Assembly: GCA_963663165.1 (NCBI GenBank)
Contig: OY760175.1
Location: 32,001 to 96,000 of the forward strand
Direction of reading: 5' to 3'
DNA: 64,000 nt
Origin: an uncultured Desulfospira sp.
GTDB lineage: Bacteria; Desulfobacterota; Desulfobacteria; Desulfobacterales; Desulfobacteraceae
Shown: positions 1 to 9,342 of the stretch, one piece after another
Position numbering within the stretch: the first letter of the stretch is position 1
How the letters are laid out: every line of letters begins with the position of its first letter
The notes under the pieces: generated by a model
Seen by the model: the letters and a program-made list of their open reading frames with translations, nothing else
The model's database searches: none
What the model was told of the DNA's origin: nothing
Program-made: the position numbers and the translations under genes

Positions 1-1629
1 TAAGGTATTGTGCAGTTTGGCCGTATCCACCACCATGGCACTGTCTGCCCCGGGAAGGTCAAACGGAGCGTGGGCCGCCCCGGTCGCAATGATCAGGGCA
101 TCGGGGTGTTCCTGTTTTATGTTATCGGGGGTGATCTCGGTGCCCAAACGGACCGTTACCCCTTCCTTTTTAAGCTGTGTTGCAAGATAGCGGACAAACA
201 AGGTCAGGTCATCGGTCTCAAGATCCTTGACAATGGCCGCTAAAGGGACAAGTCCGCCCAGATAAGTGCGCCGCTCAACCAGGGTGACCTGATGGCCGCG
301 CCGGGCTGCCTGCCGGGCCGCTTCCATGCCGGCAGGCCCCCCGCCAATGACCATAATTCTTTTCTTTTTCTTGACGCTTTGGGGCTGATATTCCGGCAGA
401 AGCTCTCTGCCCAAGGTGGCATTCACCCGGCATTCAAGCCGTTTGTTCTTGTTTCGCATATCAAAGCAGTGAAGGCAGCCGTTGCACCAGCGGATGTCCT
501 CAAGGCGTCCCGCTTTGGCTTTATTGGGAAGGTCCGGATCCGCCAGCAGCCGCCGGGTCATGCCCACAAAATCAAGGCTGCCTTTTTGCAGATATTCTTC
601 TCCCAGCACCGGATCAAGCCGGCAGGCGGTCCAGACGGGAATTTTTACCCCCCGGGCCTTGACGGCTTCCACTAAAGGAACCGATGCGCCCCGGCCGCCC
701 CGGCTCCAGTCATAGTCTTTGGGCAGGTCGTGGGGGGGCTCGGGATAAAGGATCCGGTCCGGCTGAATCAGGCCGCCCCGGTGGCCGTAACGCTCTCCGC
801 GCAGGTTAAGGCCGTCGGCAACCTGGGACACCAGGTATGCCATCTCCACCCCTTCTTCCAAGGTGGTGGCCAACGGATGATTGTATTCCACGGCGTTCAT
901 GATGACATGGACGGCAAAGTCCGGGCCGCACCGCCGTTTGGCTTCTTCAATACACCGTCTCAGAAACCGTGTCCGGTTTTCAAAATTCTGGGGACCGTAT
1001 TCGTCGGTTCGTTTATTCCATATCCGGGACAGGAAGGTGTTTCCCTGGTGGGCGGTGCCATGGTTGATCTCACAGGCATCAAACCCGGCCCGACACGCCC
1101 GTTCCGCCGCGCTGGCCCACAGGTCAATCTGTTCTTCTATTTCTTCAGCGGTATATGCCTCGCATGGGTTAAAGTCCGGGCCGGGAAGTTCCTCTTTGGT
1201 TAATGTTGAGGCGGCTTTGGTCTCCCGGATGGACATATCACTGGGCAACAGCCCGGTGGGATTCCAGGGGCCGGCATGCTGGAACTGGATGGACATCTTG
1301 CAGTCGTAGCGATGGCAGGCATCGGTCAGTTTCTTAAAACCGGGAATCAGGCGGTCATCGTCAAAATGAAGCTGGACCCCTTCGTAACTGCCGTCTTCAA
1401 AATAATGGATGTGCTGAATGCCCAAGGGGTATTCCGTACCGCAGGACTCCACCACAAGAAATCCGACGCCGCCTTTGGCCAGACGTTCGTAATAGGCAAT
1501 CATCCGGTCGCCGCAGGTCTGATCATCGTCCATAAACGATGTGCCGTTGGCGGTTTTGATGATCCGGTTTTTAACCTTGACCGGACCGATCATACCCGGC
1601 TCAAAAAGTTTTTTTAAAGTGTGTGACAT
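1..1629 (-). CDS. NADH:flavin oxidoreductase / Old Yellow Enzyme (2-enoate reductase-like); runs off the window edge
   Basis: Manual minus-strand translation from ATG 1629 gives MSHTLKKLFEPGMIGPVKVKNRIIKTA...YYERLAKGGVGFLVVE. Shadow frames show the later Fe-S and GGGPAG FAD-binding region. Absent from the ORF track because it has no stop in the window. Confidence 0.9.
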   Translation of the reverse strand, partial: MSHTLKKLFEPGMIGPVKVKNRIIKTANGTSFMDDDQTCGDRMIAYYERLAKGGVGFLVVESCGTEYPLGIQHIHYFEDGSYEGVQLHFDDDRLIPGFKKLTDACHRYDCKMSIQFQHAGPWNPTGLLPSDMSIRETKAASTLTKEELPGPDFNPCEAYTAEEIEEQIDLWASAAERACRAGFDACEINHGTAHQGNTFLSRIWNKRTDEYGPQNFENRTRFLRRCIEEAKRRCGPDFAVHVIMNAVEYNHPLATTLEEGVEMAYLVSQVADGLNLRGERYGHRGGLIQPDRILYPEPPHDLPKDYDWSRGGRGASVPLVEAVKARGVKIPVWTACRLDPVLGEEYLQKGSLDFVGMTRRLLADPDLPNKAKAGRLEDIRWCNGCLHCFDMRNKNKRLECRVNATLGRELLPEYQPQSVKKKKRIMVIGGGPAGMEAARQAARRGHQVTLVERRTYLGGLVPLAAIVKDLETDDLTLFVRYLATQLKKEGVTVRLGTEITPDNIKQEHPDALIIATGAAHAPFDLPGADSAMVVDTAKLHNTL

Positions 1630-1672
1630 GCTGTTCTCCGTAGCGGGTTTGAAAATTATTTTAAATTATGGT

Positions 1673-2602
1673 TCATGTTGTCTGTAAAAACTGGTTTACA
1701 ATGGTATTGGCTTTTTGCAGGGTTTCAATGGAACGGTTGAGCATGATCTGCTCATCATCAGCCAGCGCACATTCTACAATGCCTGTTATCCCCTGGCGTG
1801 TTAATTTCACCGGCACGGACATGCTCAGGTCTTTAATTTTGTATTCGCCGTCCAGTATGGCCGAACAGGGCAGGATGGTCTCTTTGTCTGTCACAATGGC
1901 CCGGACCATCTGTTCAAGGCCCACAGCGCAGGTCCAGCCGGCGGTGCGCCCGGCCTGAAACGCTTCGTACCGGGATAGAATGGTGGGGATGGTCTTGTAG
2001 ACACAGCGTTTAATATCTTCGGATACCAAGACAGGGTCATCCTTGATCTTGACGGACGAAAACAAGGGCACCTGGGTGCTGCCGTGTTCACCAATGACCG
2101 TGCCCTCGACCTGGCTGACCGGTACATTAAAGTTTTCGGCAATGATTTCCCGAAAGCGGAAAGAATCATTAATGGAATATCCGATGAGCTGCCGGCGGTC
2201 AAACCCCGTCATCCGGAAGGTGGCATAGTTGAGCGGGTCCACCGGGTTTGTTGCCGTGATGACAATGGCATTGGGACAGTGGGCTTTGATCTGTTCTGCG
2301 ATATTGGAAATAATGGACAGGTTCTTGGGCAGCATTTCCATGCGGTCCTTAATCAGTCCCTGGGCCGCCCCGGCAGCGTTAATTACGATGTCACTGCCCG
2401 GCAGGTCGTTGTAATCACCGGCATAAATCCGGATATTTTTACAAGAGAATGCCGTAGAAAGATCCATGGCATGCTGTTTGAGAACATTCTGCCGGCTGCC
2501 GCCGATCATCAGGATTTCATCGGCCAGGCCTTGGGCCGAAAGATAAAATACGGCAGGAGCGCCCACGCTGCCGGCTGCACCAATAATGGCAATCTTCATC
2601 AT
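1673..2602 (-). CDS. L-lactate/malate dehydrogenase family 2-hydroxyacid dehydrogenase
   Basis: GAAGSVG Rossmann motif, NPVD, DSFRFR and GEHG catalytic motifs; GGGAGG RBS before ATG 2602. Confidence 0.9.
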   Translation of the reverse strand: MMKIAIIGAAGSVGAPAVFYLSAQGLADEILMIGGSRQNVLKQHAMDLSTAFSCKNIRIYAGDYNDLPGSDIVINAAGAAQGLIKDRMEMLPKNLSIISNIAEQIKAHCPNAIVITATNPVDPLNYATFRMTGFDRRQLIGYSINDSFRFREIIAENFNVPVSQVEGTVIGEHGSTQVPLFSSVKIKDDPVLVSEDIKRCVYKTIPTILSRYEAFQAGRTAGWTCAVGLEQMVRAIVTDKETILPCSAILDGEYKIKDLSMSVPVKLTRQGITGIVECALADDEQIMLNRSIETLQKANTIVNQFLQTT

Positions 2603-2709
2603 GCCTCCCTTCAAATTGTTTTAGTTGAATACTGAAGACTGTATACGGTACCCCAGATAAAAAGACAAGGAAAATTTTCTGCCGGAATTAAAAAAACAGG
2701 TGTTCCTGC

Positions 2710-2745
2710 AAAAGAAAAGGCGGCGGCAAATACGATCGCCGCCTT
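2710..2745 (-). terminator. Intrinsic terminator of the LIV-def operon
   Basis: 9-bp stem AAGGCGGCG/CGCCGCCTT followed by a T-rich tail on the minus strand. Confidence 0.65.
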
Positions 2746-2760
2746 AACGGATGCGGTTAA

Positions 2761-4141
2761 GGGCCTCAGAAAAATTAATATCCACAATTCCATAGTCTGA
2801 ATTCTGATTTCTATAGACAACATGGAATCGATAGTTTATGGTCAACATGGAAGATTACATAAAAAATACAGGAGGACCATGTTTGATCATTCTAAGCACA
2901 ATTTACCCAAAACTATATCGGAATTAACGCCACCACTAAAGGATTTTCTGAATACCACTCGAAGCAAATTAAAAGGCCATGAACGGCGCCAATTCATGGC
3001 ACGCGTTGTCTCCCTTATGGGGCACGGCGGACAACTAAAGGCTGAAAGAGAACTGGGTTGGGATCGGAAAACAATAATCAAAGGGCGACGGGAAATAGAA
3101 AGCGGAGTTACCTGTGTTGATAATTTTTCCGGACGAGGCCGGAAATCGTGTTTAGAACATTTTCCGAATTTAAAAGAGGACATAACTCGTATTGTAAACC
3201 CTATATGTCAGACTGATCCTACATTCCGTACCCAGAATTTATATTCCCCAATATCTGCGAATGAAGTATTCCGTCGATTAGTTGACGACATGGGATATGA
3301 CCCTGAGAATATGCCAACAGTACGGACTCTATCCACCATAATGAATAAATTGGGTTTTAAACTGAAGAAGGTCGCCAAAGCCAAGGTAAAAAAAAAATTC
3401 CTGAAACAGACATCATTTTTGAATATGTGCATAGGACAAACCAACTAGCCGATGAAACAGATGGCGTTTTACGTATCTCAATGGACGCAAAAGCCACTAT
3501 TAAAATAGGGCCTTATTCCCGAGGCGGATATAGTCGTTGCAATCTTAAAGCGGCGGACCATGATTTTAAACCCGATTCCCTTTTGAAACTTTTCGGTATC
3601 AACATACCTGCTCTGGATGAAAATTATATGTACTTCACTGAAAGCAACATCACCTCTGATTTCATGATTGATGCGCTGGAATCACTCTGGCCTTCTTTGA
3701 ACGCAAGATTCGCCCCACATACACTGGTGATCAATCTTGATAATGGGCCGGAAAATAGTAGCCGAAGGAGCCAATTCATTAGTCGCCTCGTGGACTTTGC
3801 CAAATCAGCATTTGTAAATATTAGTTTGGTGTACTATCCCCCGTACCACAGTAAATACAACCCAATAGAGCGAGTTTGGGGTGTTTTGGAAAATCATTGG
3901 AAAGGCGAATTGCTGAACAAAATTGAAAAGGTTCTCGGTCTATGTCGAACAATGACATGGAAAGGAGAAAATCCTGTCGTCAAATTAATCAAAGGTGTTT
4001 ACCCGACAGGGGTACGTTTGGTCAAGTCCGCCGTGAATAATATAGAAAACAAAATTATTCGGATTCCAGGGATTGAAAAATGGGCTGTTGATATTCCATG
4101 CTATGAGGAATGAATTGTGGGTTTTAATTTTACCACATCCC
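2761..4141 (+). mobile_element. ISAzo13-family insertion sequence, 1381 bp
   Basis: Imperfect 30-bp terminal IRs (22/30; GGG...AAAATTAA.A.CCACAATTC); 3-bp TAA target duplication at 2758-2760 and 4142-4144. Confidence 0.9.
2879..4113 (+). CDS. ISAzo13-family DDE transposase, two ORFs joined by a -1 frameshift at the A10 run 3388-3397
   Basis: OrfA ends KKVAKAKVKK; the -1 frame continues KKIPETD...ISMDAK...DNGPENS...YYPPYHSKYNPIER. Confidence 0.88.
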
Positions 4142-4177
4142 TAAGTTCACACTATAGGGGAATCAGGAGGGGAACAC

Positions 4178-4705
4178 TTAAGCGGTAAATTGTTTCATGA
4201 ATTCTTTTTCACTGATGATGTCTTTATTGGAGAATACCCGGTCCAGGTAGACTTTGCCGTTAAGGTGGTCAAATTCATGCTGGAAGATCCGGGCAATAAA
4301 CCCCTCATAGACGGTTTCCTCAAAGGTCATTTCCAGGGTCTGGAACCGGACCTTTATCTTTTTGTGCCGGGGCACCAGAGCCCGGATGCCCGGGATACTC
4401 AGGCAGCCTTCCCAGCCACTTTCCATCTCGTCGCCGGCCGATAGGATTTGGGGATTGATGACCAGCTGCCGGGGCAGATCCGGGGCATCCGGGTATCGGG
4501 CATTGGGTCTGGATGCCATGATAAACAGCCTTAAGGATTCGTAGACCTGGGGGGCGGCAATACCCACCCCGGCTGAGTCTGCCATGGTAGCGGCCATATC
4601 CTGTATCAGGGACGTTACCGCCGGTGTCCTGGGGTCTTCAATTTCCAGGGCCGTCTGCCGGAGGACCGGGTGGCCTAATTGGGCGATCTGCAATAGTCTT
4701 GGCAA
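4178..4705 (-). CDS. def: Peptide deformylase
   Basis: GVGIAAPQ, EGCLS and QHEFDHLNG motifs. Confidence 0.97.
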   Translation of the reverse strand: MPRLLQIAQLGHPVLRQTALEIEDPRTPAVTSLIQDMAATMADSAGVGIAAPQVYESLRLFIMASRPNARYPDAPDLPRQLVINPQILSAGDEMESGWEGCLSIPGIRALVPRHKKIKVRFQTLEMTFEETVYEGFIARIFQHEFDHLNGKVYLDRVFSNKDIISEKEFMKQFTA

Positions 4706-4741
4706 TGGGGATCTCCTTTAGAAATAAGGTTTACAGGCCTG

Positions 4742-5449
4742 TTATCCGCCAAGGTAGAGCCGCTTAACTTCGGGGCTTTCCAACAATTCCTGCCCTGTGC
4801 CGGTGAGCCGGTTCTGCCCTAGTTCCAGCACATATCCCCGGTGGCTGACGGACAGTCCTTTTCTGGCGTTCTGCTCTACCAGCAGCACCGATGCTCCGTT
4901 TTTGGATATATCCTTGATTTTTTCAAAGATCATATCCACCACAATGGGGGCAAGCCCCAGGGAGGGTTCATCCAGAAGAACCAGGTCCGGCTCCAGGATA
5001 ACGGCCCGGCTGATGGCCAGAAGCTGCCGTTCGCCGCCGGAAAGCTCCCGGGCAAAGGCATGCTGTTTTCTGTCCAGCAGATCAAAGGTTTCAAGGGCCC
5101 GGGCCACGGCCCGGGCAGCCCGGGACCGGTTCCGAATCAGGCCGGCGCTGATATCCAGGTTTTCCCGGACCGTCAGGTTGGGAAACACATTCAGCCCCTG
5201 GGGAATAAAGACCAGGCCCTGTTTGCCCCTTTGGGCAATGCTGTCATTGGTGATATCACGGTCTTTGAACACGACATTTCCCCGGGACGCCGGCAGCTGG
5301 CCGGCCAGGGTGCGCAGCACCGTTGATTTGCCGGCGCCGTTGGGTCCGATAATGCAGACAATTTCACCGTTATCCACCTCAATGTCCAGGCGGGACAGCA
5401 CCGGGGCATGGCCGTAGCCTGCCGTGATATCGGTCATGGTCAAGAGCAT
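4742..5449 (-). CDS. livF: Branched-chain amino acid-type ABC transporter ATPase (LivF-like)
   Basis: GPNGAGKS, LSGGERQ, LDEPSLGLAP. Confidence 0.9.
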   Translation of the reverse strand: MLLTMTDITAGYGHAPVLSRLDIEVDNGEIVCIIGPNGAGKSTVLRTLAGQLPASRGNVVFKDRDITNDSIAQRGKQGLVFIPQGLNVFPNLTVRENLDISAGLIRNRSRAARAVARALETFDLLDRKQHAFARELSGGERQLLAISRAVILEPDLVLLDEPSLGLAPIVVDMIFEKIKDISKNGASVLLVEQNARKGLSVSHRGYVLELGQNRLTGTGQELLESPEVKRLYLGG

Positions 5450-5450
5450 G

Positions 5451-6206
5451 TCAGGCTTCCTTTCCCAGGTAGGCCTCAATGACCTGCTCATCCTGGCGGA
5501 CCTGTTCCGGGGTGCCCGAAAAGATCAGGCTTCCTGAATCCATGACAAAGACCTCGCTGCACAGGTCAGACACCAGGGGGATGTTGTGTTCAATGATAAA
5601 AATTTTAATGTTCTGGTCCCGTAAATTTTTTAACACCGTCACCAGGCTTTTGATCAGGCTCGGGTTGATGCCGGCCGTGGGTTCATCAAGAATAATCAGC
5701 TTGGGGTCTGCCATGAGGACCCGGCCGATTTCCAGCAGTTTTTGCTGGCCGTAGCTCAGGTCCCCGGCCGGCGAACCGGCCATGCGGGTCAGGTTCAGGG
5801 TGTTTAGAACCGACAGGGCTTTTTCCTGGTTCTGTTTTTCCTGGCGCGCCACTTTGGATGGGGTGAAAAACAAAGGGAACAGGCGTTCTCCGGCCTGGCC
5901 GGGCACGGCCGCGCAAAGGTTGTCCAGAACCGAAAGAAACGGCAGGACCCGGGTTTGCTGGAAGGTGCGCACAATACCTTTCTGGCTGATGATATGGGGG
6001 GCAAGCCCGCTGATGGTTTCGTCTTTGAAGCTGATGCAGCCCTTGTCCAGTCCGTAAAATCCCGTGATCAAATGGAACAGGGTGGTTTTGCCTGAGCCGT
6101 TGGGTCCGATGAGCCCGGAAATGCCGGTTTTCCCAAGGGTAAAAGAGACATCATCCACAGCGGTGAGGCCCCCAAAGCGTTTGGTGATGCGGCTTAATGT
6201 CAGCAT
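5451..6206 (-). CDS. livG: ABC transporter ATPase (LivG-like)
   Basis: GPNGSGKTT, LSYGQQK, DEPTAG, C-terminal VIEAYLG. Confidence 0.9.
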   Translation of the reverse strand: MLTLSRITKRFGGLTAVDDVSFTLGKTGISGLIGPNGSGKTTLFHLITGFYGLDKGCISFKDETISGLAPHIISQKGIVRTFQQTRVLPFLSVLDNLCAAVPGQAGERLFPLFFTPSKVARQEKQNQEKALSVLNTLNLTRMAGSPAGDLSYGQQKLLEIGRVLMADPKLIILDEPTAGINPSLIKSLVTVLKNLRDQNIKIFIIEHNIPLVSDLCSEVFVMDSGSLIFSGTPEQVRQDEQVIEAYLGKEA

Positions 6207-7078
6207 GGGTCTTTATACTCCGGTATCAGCCCTTCGGGGCGCTTGAGCATCATGATGATCAGGATCAGGCCGTAGGCCATGCCCTGGGTGGGGGCCACAA
6301 ACCGTGTATAGGCGGCCGGAATGGGAATAAACCGGACCACTTCGCCGAAAAAGATCACGGCAAAGCTGCCGATAATGGGGCCGATGTTGGTTCCCTTTCC
6401 CCCTAACACCACGCACAGCAGCACCAGGATGGTTTCCTGTAGCGAAAAGTCCGACGGGCTGATATAGGTGATGTAATGGGCCCACAAGGTCCCGGCAAGG
6501 CCGGCAAAAAACGAGCCTGCGGCAATGGCTTTGATTTTAAGGACAAGGGTGTTTTTGCCCAGGGCCTTTGCCACATATTCGTCTTCCCGGATCACTTTTA
6601 GTGCCCGGCCAAATGGGGATGAAGCCATTCTTTTAAGGACCGCAAACACCAGGATACCAAGGACCAGGGTCAATCCCAGAAAAAAGGGCAGGCTGTCCAC
6701 GCCCGAACCGGTAACGGCCGGCCGGGGAATGCCGGGAAGCCCCATGGGGCCGCCGGTAAGATCCCGGGTGTTTAAAAAGAACAGATGGGCCATTTCCGCA
6801 AATACAAAGGTGGCAATTCCGAAATAGTCCCCGGAAAGGCGCAGTGCCGGCAGGGCAAACAAGGCCCCGCAACCGCAGGCAAACACAGCGCCGGCAGCCA
6901 TGGCCGCGGGGACGGGCAGGCCGTTAATGCTCAACAGGGCCGATGTATAGGCCCCGATGCCGAAAAAGGCCACATGGCCGAAATTATAAAGGCCGGTGTA
7001 CCCGAGTTCCAGGTTCAAGGACAAGGCAAAGATGGAAAAGATCAGGCACAGGATCAGAATGTGCAATACATAATCCAT
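6200..7078 (-). CDS. livM: ABC transporter permease (LivM-like)
   Basis: GYTGLYNFGHVAFFGIGAY, LRLSGDYF, hydrophobic profile. Confidence 0.9.
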   Translation of the reverse strand: MDYVLHILILCLIFSIFALSLNLELGYTGLYNFGHVAFFGIGAYTSALLSINGLPVPAAMAAGAVFACGCGALFALPALRLSGDYFGIATFVFAEMAHLFFLNTRDLTGGPMGLPGIPRPAVTGSGVDSLPFFLGLTLVLGILVFAVLKRMASSPFGRALKVIREDEYVAKALGKNTLVLKIKAIAAGSFFAGLAGTLWAHYITYISPSDFSLQETILVLLCVVLGGKGTNIGPIIGSFAVIFFGEVVRFIPIPAAYTRFVAPTQGMAYGLILIIMMLKRPEGLIPEYKDPC

Positions 7079-7081
7079 GAT

Positions 7082-7957
7082 TCAGCGCACCCCCTGGGCA
7101 ATGCCGAAAAGTCCCCTGGGTTTGAACAAAAGCACCAGAATGATCACGGCAAAGGCAATAAAATCTTTGTAATCCGGAGAGATGAAAATCAGGCTTACGT
7201 TTTCGGCAACCCCGATGAACAATCCGCCGGCCAGGGCCCCCCAGATATTTCCGGCCCCGCCCATGAGAACGGCGGCAAAGGCTTTGACCAGGCTGTTCAT
7301 TCCCATCATGGGATCCAGGCTGGTGTCAAGGCCCAGCAGAATCCCGCCGGTTCCGGCAAACACGGCCGCCAGCACCCAGATGGCAACGGTTATTTTTTTC
7401 ATGTCAATCCCCATGATGGCGGCAAGCTCCATATTATCGGACACCGCCCGCAGGGATTTGCCCAGAAGGGTTCTGGTTAATATCAGGTAAAGGATCATGA
7501 AAAAGGTAAGAGACAGCAGCAGGGTCAGCACCTGGATCCGGGTGACATAGATGCCGGAAAACACCAGGCCGTCGGACAGGGGCAGGTCAAAGGTGCGAAG
7601 ATCCGACCCCCAGCATAAGCGAACTGCATTTCTCATCAGGTAGGACAGCCCGATGGAGGCAATGAGAATGGAGATGGGGTTGCTTTGCCGAAGGGGCCGG
7701 TACACGGCATAATCCTGGGCAAGGGCAAGAAGAACGGTGATGACAAGGGCCGGAAAGCAGGCCAGATAGACCGGCAGCCCAAAGGGCGGACCTGTGAACA
7801 TCAGCGAAAGGTACGCCCCCCAGGTGATCAGCTCCCCATGGGAGAAGTTGATGAACTTGAACACGGCGTATACCATGGCCAGGCCCACGGCAAACATGGC
7901 ATACACCGATCCGGCCAGAATGCCGTTCACCAGCAGTTGTATGTAATATGTACTCAT
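7082..7957 (-). CDS. livH: ABC transporter permease (LivH-like)
   Basis: QLLVNGI...INFSHGE...KPRGLFG. Confidence 0.9.
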   Translation of the reverse strand: MSTYYIQLLVNGILAGSVYAMFAVGLAMVYAVFKFINFSHGELITWGAYLSLMFTGPPFGLPVYLACFPALVITVLLALAQDYAVYRPLRQSNPISILIASIGLSYLMRNAVRLCWGSDLRTFDLPLSDGLVFSGIYVTRIQVLTLLLSLTFFMILYLILTRTLLGKSLRAVSDNMELAAIMGIDMKKITVAIWVLAAVFAGTGGILLGLDTSLDPMMGMNSLVKAFAAVLMGGAGNIWGALAGGLFIGVAENVSLIFISPDYKDFIAFAVIILVLLFKPRGLFGIAQGVR

Positions 7958-7960
7958 CTA

Positions 7961-9058
7961 CTATTTGTAGTCGGTAATTTTTCCGTCCTTGACCGTCCAC
8001 CGGCCATAGGTCGCACCTACATCCCCGTTTTCATCAAAGGTCTTGTCTCCGGTGGTGCCCACAAACCCCTGGCTTGCCTGCATCAGAGCCTCTCTGATGG
8101 CGTCGGCATCCGTGGACCCGGCCAGGGAAAGGGCCTTGGCTGTCAGTTTGACCATGTCATAGTTGTACTCGCCAAATACCGGGATCTTCTTTCCGGGATA
8201 TTTTTTCTCCCAGGCGGCTTTAAATGCCTGGTACTCGGGCGTATCCTGGGAAAAGGTCGGGTAGGTCCCGATAATGCCCTCACAGGACTTGCCGGCCAGT
8301 TCCACCAGTTTGGGAGATTTGGATGCGGACCCCATGAGCCACTGGGTGGTCAGTCCGGTTTCATGGGCCTGTTTGAGAATGGTGCCGCCTTCTTTAATAT
8401 AGGTCAGGTTGACCACGGCTTCGGGGTTGTACCGCTTGATCCTGAAGATTTCGCTTCTGTAATCAGTTTTGCCTTCGGCATGGGGCAGCTCTTCAATGAT
8501 GTTGCCGCCGGCCTGGGTGAATTTTTCCTTGAAAACATCGGCTAAGCCCACGCCCCAGTCATTGTTCACGTAGGTAAGGACTACCTGTTTATATCCCAAT
8601 GAAGCGGTCAGTTCCGCCACACCGATGCCCTGCAGCAGATCGGAAGGAAAAATCCGGAAAACGTAGGAACCGCATTTGGTAATGGATGCGGCCGCGCTTT
8701 CCGCGCCCAGAAGAATGGTTTTATTGTTCTGGGCAATGGGGCATACGGCCAGAAAGTTGGAGCTTGCCGCCGGCCCGAAGATCAGGGGCAGTTTGTCAAT
8801 GGTGATCAGTTTCTGGATGGCGGACACCGATCCTTTGGATGTGGAGTTGTTGTCTTCATATACAATCTCCATGGGGCTGCCGTTAATGCCGCCCTGGGCA
8901 TTGATTTCATCTAAGGCCAGCAGCATGGCCTGCTGGAAGCCTTCTCCGTAAACGGCGAGTTTGCCCGTCAACGGCGTGACCGACCCGACCTTAACCGTTC
9001 CGGCAAAGGCATATCCGGCAAACAAAAACAAGATAGCGCAAACAAAGAATTTTTTCAT
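7961..9058 (-). CDS. ABC transporter periplasmic substrate-binding protein (LivK/J family)
   Basis: Signal peptide (AFA cleavage), PLTG...INAQGGING, FDENGD. Confidence 0.9.
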   Translation of the reverse strand: MKKFFVCAILFLFAGYAFAGTVKVGSVTPLTGKLAVYGEGFQQAMLLALDEINAQGGINGSPMEIVYEDNNSTSKGSVSAIQKLITIDKLPLIFGPAASSNFLAVCPIAQNNKTILLGAESAAASITKCGSYVFRIFPSDLLQGIGVAELTASLGYKQVVLTYVNNDWGVGLADVFKEKFTQAGGNIIEELPHAEGKTDYRSEIFRIKRYNPEAVVNLTYIKEGGTILKQAHETGLTTQWLMGSASKSPKLVELAGKSCEGIIGTYPTFSQDTPEYQAFKAAWEKKYPGKKIPVFGEYNYDMVKLTAKALSLAGSTDADAIREALMQASQGFVGTTGDKTFDENGDVGATYGRWTVKDGKITDYK

Positions 9059-9092
9059 GGCATCCTCTTTTTAAACTATGGTCATCATAAAT

Positions 9093-9138
9093 AAAAAAAC
9101 CGCAGCCGCTGCCCCGGTATCCGGTGCTGTTCGGCTGC
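9093..9138 (-). terminator. Terminator hairpin inside the 5' leader of the LIV operon (attenuator-like)
   Basis: GCAGCCG/CGGCTGC stem with an inner CCGG-ATA-CCGG hairpin, then T7, about 35 nt upstream of the ATG at 9058. Confidence 0.7.
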
Positions 9139-9201
9139 CGCAATAAAGGCGTTATGGTCATGTTTTAAAAACTATTTGGTGCCTTACGCTCGATTTTCTG
9201 C

Positions 9202-9231
9202 TTAAAAAACAAGAAAATGAGAGTGACGCAT
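9202..9231 (-). CDS. Putative leader peptide MRHSHFLVF
   Basis: AGGTG RBS 7 nt upstream; 9 codons; lies upstream of the leader terminator. Confidence 0.5.
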   Translation of the reverse strand: MRHSHFLVF

Positions 9232-9342
9232 AATGAATCACCTACACCAAATGGGTTGCGGGCAGTGCCCGCTTTAGACCATAAAAACAGCCTTTGTTTA
9301 GCAGTAATTGGGGTTCATGTAAAGAATCGATAGAATCAAAAT

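Noticed and set aside
8..1617. Several plus-strand ORFs in the ORF track
   Set aside because: Antisense shadows of the minus-strand OYE gene; the same applies to most short overlapping ORFs across the window
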